Shown here: piece after piece, positions 23,731 through 35,946 of the stretch | Layout: every line of letters begins with the position of its first letter | Numbering within the stretch: position 1 is the stretch's first letter | Assembly: GCF_000143415.4 (NCBI RefSeq) | Contig: NW_003314332.1 | Coordinates: forward strand, 124,001-188,000 | DNA length: 64,000 bases | Reading direction: 5' to 3' | Origin: Selaginella moellendorffii | Lineage: Eukaryota; Plantae; Lycopodiophyta | The notes under the pieces: model-generated | What the model was told of the DNA's origin: nothing | Databases searched by the model: none | What the model saw: only the letters and a program-made list of their open reading frames with translations | Program-made: the position numbers and the translations under genes

Positions 23731-24908
23731 TCACTTGGCGATGGAGCAGACGGTTCGAATGCCACCAGCGTTGGACTGAAAAGGTGGCAGAGTGATCAAC
23801 TTCGCCATCGAGGCTCTAAACTGCTGGGCGAACGCTGCCGGGTTGGATGCAAAGGTATCGACGAGCGGTTTAGTCTGGGGGTGGAAGAACAGCCCCTCGT
23901 CCGAGGTGAAGAGCCCCTTCCTCTGCTGGAGGTTCTTGTAGTACTGATTGTCGAGCGTGTTCTGGGTGATGGGATCGTTGGCCACCGACGCACTGGTCTG
24001 GCATTTCCTCTGGAGCTCCTGCGCGTAAGTGGAGTTGAGAGTCGGGTCTCGCGACGTGATCCTGCTCTGGAAGAAGCCACAGTTTCCGAATCCAAAGCTG
24101 TGAGCACCTGTGAGATCACAAGCAAGATCCAAAGTTACCATCTGATATCCGAGAGGAAGTTTGAAGTACCTGAGAGTGCCACCAAGTCCGAGACGGAGAG
24201 CTGCTTGGCATTGAATTTGCTGATCAATGAGGTGGTGGATTCGGAGGGTGCAGGAAGCTGAACCTCGGCAGCGCTGGAAACTCGTCCATCTTTCCTTCCC
24301 AGTGGAACATCCCACGATGGGCCTCCAGCCTAAAGTATAGTGGTTAAATCTAAAATAGTATTTGAGAAAGTTTCTTACCTTGACAACTGCGTCCCGCGTT
24401 GCTTGTGTCAAGATATCAGCGCAAGAGACGACTCCGCGGCACGACCTCTCGAGCTTGCTCTTGATGGTGTCAATGACTTGGAATCCACGGAGCGAGAGGT
24501 TTGGCCCGGCTTGCCTCTCCGAGTTTGGGCCACTGAGGAGAACCGAAGCATCGCATCCCTGTCAAGTTACGAGGTACGTGTTGAGAATCACTAAAAACCA
24601 CAGGAGGAACTTACTCGAACCCAGCAGTCGTGGAAGTGCATCCTCAAGAGCCCGGCAGCGATGGTGGGATCCTTCTTCATGGCAGCAGCCACTTCATCAC
24701 TGACAGTCTTGGCGAAAGAGCTACATTTGTTGTTGTAGAACGTGAGGCTCATACCACCGGCGGATGGAGCTGGCGTAACAGCTTTCACCTTCTTCGCTTT
24801 AGATTTCTTGACCTTCTTCTTCTTGGTGGCCGCATCACCACTCAAAACCAGCAATGCGATGACGAAAAGTAGCAACAAGAGCCTCTTGGATGGCAGCAGC
24901 GAAGCCAT
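23731..24908 (-). CDS. Class III secretory peroxidase C (4 exons) with Lys-rich N-terminal extension
   Basis: RMHFHDCWVR|GCDASVLL, VSCADI, GRKDG, VALSGAHSFG, LFTSD. Confidence 0.92.
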
Positions 24909-25206
24909 TTCTTTCCCTGGCTTTTATCTTCAGTATGTAGATCGATCGAGATGAACAACACCTGTGCTCTATTCCTGTGGAATAAGTACTCCTTACCGCT
25001 ACTCTACCTCGAATGGAAACCGATGAGAGAAACAAGCAGGAAGGATGGATATATATCTTCGTAAAACGTGTGCATGTTTGCATGTCTTTGGCAGCTCATT
25101 CAAGCTACACGATCGCGAACATGTTAGCAACAAAGAAACAAAAAAATACTCACAAGTGAACTCTTAGTAGAGAAACTATTTACAGATTTGGTCGCCGTAA
25201 AAAAGA

Positions 25207-27700
25207 TCACCCAAACTTTGACGATATGGTTGCTGCAACGCTGGAAGGATAGAACATCATGCAAAGGGGAGGATCCACCTTTGCCAGCGCCAGGATTGCC
25301 GAAGGAACGGCCCAAAGGCCATCCCCGCAAATCAATCCCGAGGCAAACGCTGGAACGTAAATCTCCGACTTCTTCCTGTTCAGCTGCTGCCATATAAAAA
25401 CTATCACCGTGCCGATGAACATGTCGATGGCGAAGTAAGCTCCGATGTAGAAAGGAATCGCCATAGCCATCGGGATAGGAATGTACTTAGAGTACTTCTT
25501 CGGCAGCAAGTCCCTGATGCCGTTCACCACCACTGCCATGGCGAAGAAGGCATAGCACAGCTCCAAGCAGTGCGCTGGAAGAGCCGAGAAGCCTTGCACC
25601 CCGATGATAGCCATCTGCCTGTAAATCACTGCGTAGGGAGCCTTGTACTGCCCGTTCTCGTCGCCGATTGGAAAAGCCTTCCAGAACATCCAGAACGTAA
25701 GCGGTGCCAGGACGCAGCCCAGGAACGTCCCGACGATCTGAGCGACGAACATGGACCTGGGAGATGATCTTGTCAGGTACCCCGTCTTGAAGTCTTGCAT
25801 GAGATCAGATGCTGTAGACACGATCGTCATCATCACTCCGCAAGCTGCTAGGCCCGCGACCACTCCTCCGTTGCCAGCACCGGCCCAGGCAGCAAAAACG
25901 AAGAGGCCGATCTTTCCATAAGTTGACGACAGACTCCAGTCGGTGAGGCCAGTTCCATAAGCGTTGCAAAAGGCCAGAACCGGGGCGAGGATGTAGCAAG
26001 TCATGACGAAGTACCATCTCATTGGCGGGAAGATCTGGGGAATCACGCCGGTGGAGATGGCAGCTAGACCAATGTAGCACGACGAAGCCAGCCAAAATGG
26101 AATCCTGCCTTTGAGGAACGTCTCGTTTCGTTTCTTCTCGTCTGTCGTTAGTACGCCGTCGCGGGAATCAGCGCCTGACAATAAAACAAGACGCTATCCA
26201 TATCAGCAAGCATATTAAACACGGAAGCTTTGCTCACCGGCAGTGATGGGGAGGAGGTCCGTCTTGTAATGCTTGTACATAAACCACACACTCACGACAA
26301 CAACCTTGATGAAGTTGTAAAGCCCATCTCCAAGAATTAACGCAATAGCAACAAAAACCTGCACGATTATGTTGCGTCGTGAACCAAGCGACAGAAAAAA
26401 CGACAACTCCAAAACGAACCTTGTATCCATATAGGCCCCGGAAATTTGAGCCCTTGAAACTCTTGTCATACCAGCCCGCCGTACTGATAAGAGGCCACAT
26501 GATCCCCCAGGAGATAATCGCACCCAGCAACACGGAAACATTCACAATATGTGGACAAATCATGCCCGCTCCAACGTAAGTTAAGTTGAAATCGAAGAGA
26601 AACCTGTAAGTTTGAGGTAAGTTCACATTGTCGCACCATTTAGAATTTTTACTTGTTGTTCAGGGCTTTCAAGCCAAGCGTTGGAAAGTTATCGAAACCG
26701 CACGCGCTTTCTCCGTCGCCGCTATAAAACCACTTGAAGAAACTGAAGAAAAAGCTCAGGCCCATCGTTTTCGCTAGGCATTTCACCTGTTTCCTGTTAC
26801 CACAGATCAAAATCCCTGAGAATCCCGACGGGATAAAGATATTTTGCTTACTTGGCAGTTTTTGCACCTTCTGGAGTGTGGAAGCTGTTGATGAGAATTG
26901 CGGTGGCAGTCCCGCTGGGATACGTAAGCCTGTATTTCAGGATCATTATCTGAAAAGCAAACAGCACGCTCAGTAGAGTTGCACTCAAAAATAACAAACC
27001 AAACACGGACCTTGCTGAGTGGTACAATCACCAGAATGCCAAGGAAGCTCACTGTGAAAATAAATGCAAAAATCCATCCCAGAGCGGGTGTCTTGACGTC
27101 TACAGCTCGATTTCCTGGAAAACTTGCTCCAATCTTCTTGTAGGTGTTGTCATCCAGTCCCAAAAGATATGTGCCAAAACCACCTGAGAGAGAGAGAGAG
27201 AGGAGCTTTCAAGTTTGGTGATGCAACCAGAAAGAGATGTTCTCACCGCTGAAAGCAATTCCGTAGCAAGCCACGACACACGTCTGGACGACTGTGTTCT
27301 CCTGACGGGTGAAAGGCCTGGACCAAAAGTTGAGCCTGGTGAAGACACCGTTCCAGAACTTGATCATGAAGAAGCCAAGAAGGCCAGCCGACACATTGAG
27401 AGACGGGATGATTCCAACCGTGAGGCTGAGCTTGTGGGTGATGATGCAGAAGAAGCCTCCCAGGATGGCGCTCACGACCAAGGCTCGGAGCGTAATTTGG
27501 TCCTGCCATCGAGGAATCGCTACCTTTTCAAAGAGTTCCTCCACCGAAAAGCACTCCTTCCCGTTGCCGTTCACGAGGACATCCGAACCGTCCCACTGCC
27601 CTTCTTTTTCGAAGGTCTCGTCGCCCTCTGCCGGGAATTGCTGCTGGACATCTCTCGTGTGCTTCGGCTGGTGCTCCTCGGAGGAGGATTCCATGACCAT
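25207..27700 (-). CDS. YSL: YELLOW STRIPE-like metal-nicotianamine transporter (OPT family)
   Basis: [78 protein letters not shown]. Confidence 0.95.
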
Positions 27701-28017
27701 AGCTTCAGCTCACAGCTAAGATCCTGCAAAAGGGCGGCTCCACTGAGATTCCAGAAAACGACAAGGAGCTAACCACGAGCACAGCGACCTAGATCGTCAA
27801 ACCCTCGATGAACAGGGTATATTTGAGACATTTTTTCTCTTTTTCTGGCAACAAGACCGACAGTTATCTTAAGAGCGGAACTGAATGAAAATCCGAAAAT
27901 CCCACCAATTTGGAGCGGTGGGCTGGGTGCGCACGGCAATGAGAATTGAGTGATGTGCACTGCAAGCACTACTTGAATGATCCAAATCTCTGGAACGAAA
28001 AGCGATAAGGTTTCAGT

Positions 28018-28023
<6 letters not shown>

Positions 28024-28057
<34 letters not shown>
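28024..28057. repeat. (GA)n microsatellite upstream of YSL
   Basis: Uninterrupted AG dinucleotide run. Confidence 0.9.
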
Positions 28058-28059
<2 letters not shown>

Positions 28060-28114
28060 CACCGATGCGACAGTGCACGGCTTCATGCGTTGATAGTCTT
28101 CCTTCACTTCGTCC

Positions 28115-29677
28115 TCATGATAAAATCCTCCACAACTTTACTAAGCCGTCGTCTCCAGCCGAAGCAAGAATGTCATCGTCCTGAAACACTGGGTTTCCTT
28201 AGCCTGGAAGCTCGTCAAAATGATTAAAAATTTTACCTTCGGATGCCATCTCACGCAATTCACGTCTGTGCTGTGAGCCTTTTGTTGCTTTCCAACCATT
28301 GAAAACACTGCTCGCTAATTCCGCGAGAAAGTCAAGAGCGCGACCTCTACAAAATATAAATATATAGAAAGCTTACCGATGTATAGGACGGATCATTGGC
28401 TTCAGCGAACACGCGGATTGCATCGTCGCCTGCCGCTGAAGCAATCAGGCCCGACCGCCTAAAATATACACACAAGACGCGCGCGCACACATATTAAACT
28501 TTTGTCAAGAAAGAAGAAAATATAAAAAAAATTCTTCATTCACCTCGACCAATGCACAGAATAGATGGTTCTTTCGTGATAGCCAGACAAAGTACAGAGG
28601 TGCTTCCTGAAAAGGCAAAACTTAAAGATAAGAGGAAGCAGAATGATAAAACTTAACCAGCTCGATTCCAGGGGATTCGTGCTCGTATCCCACACAACCA
28701 GCAATAGATCATCACTGTAACGAAGCTGCTAAGTGGACAGAAGGTAGAGATTAAAGAGAGAGAACGCACCTACATGAGACCATTCGTTTCCCATCGGCGT
28801 CGAATGCTACGCTCCATACAGTTGAGCTATGACCCCTGGTTTTAGGCAGCCAGAGTTACAGCGCCAGAAAAAGAATCATACATACTGGTTGGGCTCAGCA
28901 AGCGTCTGAACGCACGACCAATCGTCTCCATTTGGATCGGGAGCCCACACCTGAGAAGCAAGAAAAAATCAAGTTCTCCGTATTGCTTTCGAGAATTACC
29001 TTGATAGAATTGTCATAGCTGCTCGACACAAGAATGTCCTCAGTAGGATGAAACAAGACCGTTTTCACGTCTTGGGAATGGCCATTTAATACAGAGACTG
29101 TTTGGAAATCGTTCTCGGCTTCCATTTCCCAGATCCACACACTCTTGTCTCGACCACAAGTCGCGAGAAGAGTGCCAGAAGCACTCCACGCGATTGATTT
29201 CATCTCATTTTCATGTCCCTGGCTCAAGAAAAAAAAAAGTTTGCCAAAGAGAGAAAACGAGAGAGAAATATATAAGTACCTCTAGTGTAGCAACGCACTC
29301 GTAATCACCTCCTACGTCTTCCCACACAGCTCCAATTCCATCAAAGCACGCGGTCGCAAGCAATTTCCCATCGGGCGACCAGTGACACGACCTCACAGTG
29401 CGTTTGAAAGAATCGATCACGGCCTAGATGACGAGAGAAATTTCCGTCGGCAATCTCACTCGAAATGCGACCGCCATACCTTGCAACTCCACGAGGAAGA
29501 AGAAGAAGAAGAAGAAGAATCCGAGCAATCGCCTTCCCAAATCCTCACCGTCTTGTCTCCGCCACACGACGCCAGAACGCTCCGATTCGAGGAGCTGGCC
29601 ACTGGATTCCAGGCAACGCTCCAAACGCGATCAGTGTGGCCCTCGAGCTCCTGGATCGCCTCCATCGCCACAGCCAT
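28115..29677 (-). CDS. CIA1: Cytosolic Fe-S cluster assembly WD40 protein CIA1/CIAO1
   Basis: [77 protein letters not shown]; last exon [18 protein letters not shown]. Confidence 0.92.
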
Positions 29678-29814
29678 AATAAAAACCCTAAACCTCCTAA
29701 TGCAAAAATATTTCGAGTATATTCGTATAGCTTCTAAAAAATTACATTAAAGGTTAATCCAACGGCCCTGATTTGTAAAGGAGAGATTATTCCAATCTAA
29801 CGGCTCCTAGAGTT

Positions 29815-31021
29815 CTAGTGGTATCCAATTGGAGCCGGCGAGTCTTTGAGCTCCTTCCCTTGCAAGTGAGCGTCCTGGAAGCAAAAGGAGAGAGAAACGT
29901 AAGAAACACTAGAACTTGATCGATCGATCAAAATCTCTTACCGCAGCGAAATGGTTCACGTCTCTGTGGTGAGCTTCGTCCGCCCGGACCACGAACACCA
30001 CGTCTCGCAACGTCGCATCGCTGGGGAGCCTCCAGTAATCGATAGCGATGGCGGGGGCGGGAGTGTTTGGCATGCTTCCCTTGTCCAAAGCAGCGAGGAA
30101 GTCCGTGTAGGAGGCCACCGCTTCTTCCTCCAGGTAGCCCACGAATCGATGCGCGAGGCGCGGGAAGATCAAGTAGAGCGCGAAGTAGCCATTGAAGAAG
30201 ACGCCCTGGACCGCCAACACGAGAGCGCGCTCGTACCACTTGGGCTGGAAAACCTCCATGAAAGTCATGAGATGCATTCGCTCGTTCTCGGCCTCCTCGA
30301 GGAGAGCTTTGATCCAGCCGCCACTGTGCTCGAATTTGCGCAGGGATTTGCAGTGGAGGAGCATCCCTCCAACCATGCCTGGGACTGCTGCCACTGTTTC
30401 CAATAGCACGGCGTGGCAGCCATGGCGTTCCTGCGAATCCATCGATCTATGAGATCATCCAAGCAAAGCTTCACGCTTTTCTACTTGCGTACCTGGAAGA
30501 AGAGGTCTGACAAAACGCGGAGGAACTTCACGGTTTTGAGGGCGACCTTGTCAACCACGGCGTCGGGAATGTGGTGTTTCTTCACATCGATGCTCGTGTC
30601 GGAGACATAGCTGTCGGAAGGCTTTGAGAAGAAATTCCAAACAACAAGATCGATCAATGGATCATCCAAGGACATTGGATCAAAAGCCCACCTTGAAGCA
30701 GTTCCACGGCCAGGGAGTACCGTCTTCCCGGAGAGTTTTCTTGGTGATAATTCCCCAGTAGTTAGAAAATTGCTGGTCGTGGTTCTTGTGATTCTCGTGA
30801 TCTGTGGGAGAATCTTGGCTGTTGACGACGTGGGCAGCGGCGCTGCTGCTGAATCGCGATGACCCAAAGCAAGAAATCTGGTGCGGGACCGGCCTCGCGA
30901 GCTTGTCCAGGAAGAAACTGCGAGATCCAGAGGAGAAATGGCGGGACGAAGAACTTGGAGTTAGGCCGGATCTAAGCTCAATTGCCCGCACCAGCAGCCT
31001 CGCAGCAGCCTTGCCTTTCAT
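29815..31021 (-). CDS. AOX: Mitochondrial alternative oxidase (4 exons)
   Basis: Arg/Ser-rich presequence, [48 protein letters not shown]; ends PAPIGYH*. Confidence 0.97.
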
Positions 31022-31855
31022 TCCGCCAAGAAGAATTAGGAAAATCAAATGGATTTTCGCGCGAGATCTGTGCGAGAAAAGAGAAAGAACGAAATGAATG
31101 TCTACCTTCTGGCTTGATGCTGGAGATCCCAAATGCCAGAATCGCTCCTATTTATGCGTCCAAAGAGCTGGGGCAAGACATAGACGAGCGATGCTTCTAA
31201 CGAAGCATACCCTGAGCAGCATGGTCAAAAGCCTAGTCAATCTAGACGACTTTAGGGTTTAAGGTCCACGCGCATCTTGGAAGATGGCATTTGACATATT
31301 CTTTAAACCCGGTGGCTCGGTAAAGTGAGTGGTCTATCCTTACATCAACTATTACATTTCTGCTGGCACCTCTGGTAAGTTTTTGACGTTCTTCCACGAT
31401 CTATGTTGATCTGGCTTTCACAGGAGCTGTGACGGCCAGCATTCTCGAGCCTTCTGTTGCTCCTTCCAATACCAGCCACAACATTCCATACCCGAATCCT
31501 TTGAGTGCGAGGAACCACAAGTATGATTTCGTGCTCGTAAGATCACACTTTGATTGAATCTTCAAGGGTAAAAGAAGATTAGATCAAAGAGCCTGAGACC
31601 AAATGGCAGCTGGAAAACCCTTTTCATTCTAGAGGTAGAACAAGTCAAAGGATTTTCATTCAAGCATTTATCGCTCCTTGACACACAAACGTTTGTCCGG
31701 CAAGTCATACCTGGGGAGGAGTTCGACGCCCTTCTTCTTGCGATTCAGATCCTCCTAGAATCATAGGTGCTGACCTCATCTTTGTCAACCGACTATCAGC
31801 TGAAGTGGATCCTAACGGTAAACCGCCTGTCACTGGAATAACCTCGCGAGAGAGA

Positions 31856-34714
31856 TCAACTTCCCGGTGGCTGCGTGTAGATGTTGGCCATCATCAGGTA
31901 GGCCGACGCGTTCTCGGGCTCCAGCTTCACCAGCGCCTGGAAAGCAGCATTCCCAGCTGCGTGATTGTTCCACTTGTGACACGCCGCCAAGACGATCGTC
32001 CAAGTCATGGCCGTTGCTCTATACGGCATGGCCTCCACCATCGCCACCGCTTCGCTCACCAGGTTGGCCCTTCCCAGCATGTCGATCATGCAGTGGTAGT
32101 GCTTGAGCTCCGGCACCGCGCCATACTTTGGAAGCATGGCCGCGAAGTAGTCCTTCCCCTTCTCCACCAAGCCGGCATGGCTGCACACGGACAGCACCCC
32201 CAGCAGTGCAACTCCATCCGCCTGTAAGCCCTCCTTGCGCATCCCTTCGAGCAAGCTAAACACTTTCTCGCAAGTTCCCTGGCTGCTGTATCCGGCTAGC
32301 AGCGCCGACCATGCCACCGCGTTCTTCCGGTCGCTGATGGAACCAAACAGCTCCTCGGCGTCGCTTATAGACCCGCATCTGCTGTAGAGTCCCACCAGGC
32401 AGTTGGACACGTATGGCTCGCACTCCACCCCCAGCCGGCATACGCGAGCGTGGACGAGCTTTCCAGTCTCCAAGGCTGCCAAGCTGCTGCAAGCCGTGAG
32501 CACGGCGGCGAAAGTCCGGGTGTCTGCCGCTGCTGGACTGCTCTCGTTCTGCGTCATGCGTGCGAACAGCTCCGTCGCAAGCTCGGCTTCCCCGTTGTCT
32601 ACGAGCCCAAGTATGAGAGCGTTCCAGGACACCACGTCGTGGCTTTCCATCCGGTCGAACACCTTCCGGGCATCCATCACGCTACCGCATTTGGAGTAGG
32701 CGTCAATCAGTGTGTTCTCCATGATAAAGTCGACGTCGCGGCAGCGAGAGTGGATGCTCATCACCCTCTCCAAGTAGTCCATCCCCACAATCTTCCTGTC
32801 GACTTGCAGCGCTTGAGCAGCACCCCTGCAGTCCTCCTCTTTCCTTGCAGCCAAAGAAGCAATGGAACTCAGCACAGCGACAGAGGTCCGAGCGTTTGGC
32901 AGCAGCCCCCGAGTCGCCATGCAATGGAATAACTCCACTGCCGCTTCATCCTCTCCATTCTCTCCACAGGCCTGGATCATCGCTGTCCACAGCACCGTGT
33001 CATGCCGCGGCATTCTGTCAAAGGTAAGCCGAGCATCCAGCACGCTTCCACACTTCCCATAAACGTCGACGAGACTGCTGGCTACGAATACGTCACAATC
33101 CCACCCGAACGTCGCAGCTTCACAGTGGATGGCCATGCCTTTGTCCAAACACGAGACTTTCACGAGCTTTCCATCAATCTGCTGCGCTTGATCCTTCGCT
33201 GCCAGTCCCGTGCAAGCTACCAGTGCTGTGACAAACGTCCGAGAGCTCGGAAGACACCCTAGTTCTCTTTGCATGCACCAGAAGAGCTCCAAAGCTAGCT
33301 CGGCCTCGTCGCTCTCCGCGTAGCCCAGTATCAGCGCCGTCCAGCACACCGCATCATAATGAGGTAGCCTGTCGAAGATTGCCCGAGCATCCGCCATGCT
33401 TCCACACTTGGCATACATCACCACCAAGGAGCTGGCCACGAAGAAGTCCGAAGAGTATCCGGACTTTAAAGCCTGCCTGTGAATCTCCATCCCCTTCTGC
33501 AAAGACTGGAGCTTCACCAGCTTTCCCGGATCCTCATACGAGCACTGGAATCCAACTTCTCTCGCAGCCAGGCCAGCGCAAGCCGTTAACACCGCCACAT
33601 AGGTGGAGCCATCGGGTAGAACACCATCTTCGCAGGAGCTCATACGTCGAAACAGCTGCAAAGCCATCTCCCCTTCCTCGTTGTCTATGCATCCCTGGAT
33701 CATGGTGGTCCACGACACAGCATCCCGCTGCCTCATCTTCTCAAACACCTCTCGAGCACGGTCGAGCCTCCCACAGCTCGCGTACATGTCGACCAGCGTG
33801 CTTCCAACGTAGACATCCGACACAAAGCCCAGCTGCACGGCCAGAGAGTGCAGTGCCGCGCCTCTCTCCAGGCAAGCTTCTTTCCTCCACTTGTGCGTCA
33901 CGGCTAGAGAGGCGCATGCCATCAACGCAGGCACAAGAGTTCGAGCGTTGAGAAGACCCTCTTGCATCTGCATTCGATCGAAGAGCTCCAGCGCGAGCTC
34001 TTCGTCACCATTCTCGACGCATCCCAGCATGAGAGAGTTCCAAGACACCACGCTCGGGAGCGTCAACCTGGAGAAAACAGCGTAAGCCTCGGCCACACAG
34101 CCACACTTTGAGTACATACCAATGAGCGTGTTGGCCACGAAGAGGTTGGAGTCCCAGCCACAATTAGTCGCGAGAGCGTGAACAGCCATTCCTCTCTCCA
34201 AGCTCCTCGCCTTGACGATCCTCCCGTCCACACTGCCTCTCTCCCTCTCAGCCAGAGCCGAGCATGCCATGAGAGCCGCCACAAAAGTCCTGGACGAGCA
34301 CCGCTCCTCCAAAGTCTGATCGAGCGAGAGCTGGCCAGCTGCGATGAAATCGTCGAAGAGCTTGAGAGCGGTCTCGCTCTCTCCATTCACGGCGTAGCCC
34401 ATCATCAGCGTGTTCCAAGACACTGCGTCGCGGCGAGGCATGGAATCGAAAGCTCGCTGCGCGTCCGGGAGGCTCCCACACTTGGCGTACATGTTGACGA
34501 GGCTGTTCCCCACGTAGATGTCCGCCGCGAGGAGCCCACTGGCGGCAACATCGCAGTGGAGCCTCCGCCCGAGATCCAGCTCCCGGCACCAGCTGCAAGC
34601 CTTGAACGCCGCGAGTACCAGCGACACCACAGCCTCGGGAGAAATCCAAATCTCTTCCGAGCGATCTTCCCCGATCCACGAGTAGCAGCGCTTGCTGCTC
34701 CAGCGCCTGATCAT
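31856..34714 (-). CDS. PLS-class pentatricopeptide repeat protein with E domain (no DYW), intronless
   Basis: 952-aa ORF with repeated L..MYAKCG...A...FD.M...D.VSWN triplets, then CSHAGLVEKG, HYHCMIDMLGRA and an E-domain tail. Confidence 0.95.
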   Translation of the reverse strand: MIRRWSSKRCYSWIGEDRSEEIWISPEAVVSLVLAAFKACSWCRELDLGRRLHCDVAASGLLAADIYVGNSLVNMYAKCGSLPDAQRAFDSMPRRDAVSWNTLMMGYAVNGESETALKLFDDFIAAGQLSLDQTLEERCSSRTFVAALMACSALAERERGSVDGRIVKARSLERGMAVHALATNCGWDSNLFVANTLIGMYSKCGCVAEAYAVFSRLTLPSVVSWNSLMLGCVENGDEELALELFDRMQMQEGLLNARTLVPALMACASLAVTHKWRKEACLERGAALHSLAVQLGFVSDVYVGSTLVDMYASCGRLDRAREVFEKMRQRDAVSWTTMIQGCIDNEEGEMALQLFRRMSSCEDGVLPDGSTYVAVLTACAGLAAREVGFQCSYEDPGKLVKLQSLQKGMEIHRQALKSGYSSDFFVASSLVVMYAKCGSMADARAIFDRLPHYDAVCWTALILGYAESDEAELALELFWCMQRELGCLPSSRTFVTALVACTGLAAKDQAQQIDGKLVKVSCLDKGMAIHCEAATFGWDCDVFVASSLVDVYGKCGSVLDARLTFDRMPRHDTVLWTAMIQACGENGEDEAAVELFHCMATRGLLPNARTSVAVLSSIASLAARKEEDCRGAAQALQVDRKIVGMDYLERVMSIHSRCRDVDFIMENTLIDAYSKCGSVMDARKVFDRMESHDVVSWNALILGLVDNGEAELATELFARMTQNESSPAAADTRTFAAVLTACSSLAALETGKLVHARVCRLGVECEPYVSNCLVGLYSRCGSISDAEELFGSISDRKNAVAWSALLAGYSSQGTCEKVFSLLEGMRKEGLQADGVALLGVLSVCSHAGLVEKGKDYFAAMLPKYGAVPELKHYHCMIDMLGRANLVSEAVAMVEAMPYRATAMTWTIVLAACHKWNNHAAGNAAFQALVKLEPENASAYLMMANIYTQPPGS

Positions 34715-34782
34715 TACCTGGATTGGGTGCTGCTAGGTCGTGGCTTCCTCGATCGCTATGGAGCGGCATTCTTCCTTCATCC

Positions 34783-34850
34783 CCTAGGGTTTCACGGCTC
34801 TAGGGTTTTGTTTCCCGCTTCTTTTCAAGGTTTTTAGGGTTCTTGGGTTT
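34783..34850. promoter_or_regulatory. Telo-box-like (TAGGGTT) cluster in the PPR/NSE1 divergent promoter
   Basis: CTAGGGTTT, CTAGGGTTTT and TTTAGGGTT lie within the 141 bp between the two ATGs. Confidence 0.55.
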
Positions 34851-34855
34851 TGGCG

Positions 34856-35946
34856 ATGGCGCTGGACAGTCGGCACCACGCGTTCATCCAATCGCTCCTG
34901 GCGCGGGGGCCGCAGCCGGCTGTGGATTGCAAGAAAATGTTCCAGAAGCTGTTCGATGCTCAACCCGGTAAGATTTTGCGCGCGCGCTGTGTGTTTTTCT
35001 CCTCATTCCTGCGGCAGGAGAGGTGGAGGAGAATTTTTTCGATTTTCTCAAGGTGTACAACAAGCACCTCGATTTTTTCCAGCTCGAGATTAGGGGCAGC
35101 ACCAATCAGCACGATGGAACCCAGTACTATGGAGTGGTGAACAAGCTTGCTAGTGAGCCAGCCAAGCTAGCGACGCAATACACGCCCGCTCAGATCGCTT
35201 ACTTCAAAGCTCTGGTAACTTTTCTCGGTCCATTTTTTTGTAAGTTTCTCTTGTGGATCACGAATGCAGGTGGAAGCCATCGTCCAAGAACCATCTGGCG
35301 AGCTGTCCAGTATAGATGCGCTCAATTTGCGAGAAGATCAAACTGTAAGTAGTGAAAACTCGTTCTCTTTGCTCTTCCCTTCATTTTTATTTCTTACAGC
35401 GAGATTCACAAGAAGCAAGTTCCTCCCAGTCTGTATCTCTACCGAAACTTAGTTTGGCTCAGCGTGACAAAGTTTTAGGCGATCTGGCTGCTGATAAGTG
35501 GCTCTATAGGACAGAAGATGGCGGTGTTTCCTTGGGGATTAAGTCTTTTCTGGAGCTCCGGAGTGTTTTCATGAACCTGGAAGTACCGTTCTGTGATGTC
35601 TGCAACGAAGCAGCGATAAAGGTGCGTGCGAGGATTCGTTTCTCGTTTTTCCGGTTTTATCGTCTCGCTTCTTATCGTCGTTGTCAAGCAGGCTATGCGG
35701 TGTCAAAACGAGGATTGCTCAGCTCGAATGCATAGTTACTGCGCTAAAACTAAGTTCCAAAGGCCCGAGGTATTTTCATTCTGATCGCTGTTTTACGATA
35801 ATCCTGTGTGGTGTCAGATTCCGAGGTCTTGCGCTAGCTGTGGCTCCGAGTGGGACTGTGAAGGACTGGGTCTGAACGAGGACATCCAGCCAGAACCTGC
35901 CGAGAACGAGCAAAGGACCAAGAGACGGAGGAGAGCCAGAAGCTAA
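34856..35946 (+). CDS. NSE1: SMC5/6 complex subunit NSE1 (winged helix plus RING-like)
   Basis: RHHAFIQSLLARGP, NQHDGTQYYGVVN, KLATQYT..QIAYFK, GIKSFLEL, CDVCNEA...C...RMH.YC...CASC. Confidence 0.9.

Noticed and set aside
31021-31350. Mitochondrial dysfunction motif (CTTG-N5-CAMG) in the AOX promoter
   Set aside because: No correctly ordered match was found on either strand by eye.
31375-31423. Good GTAAGT...CACAG intron consensus on the plus strand upstream of AOX
   Set aside because: The flanking frames give no convincing protein, so a gene cannot be supported without transcripts.
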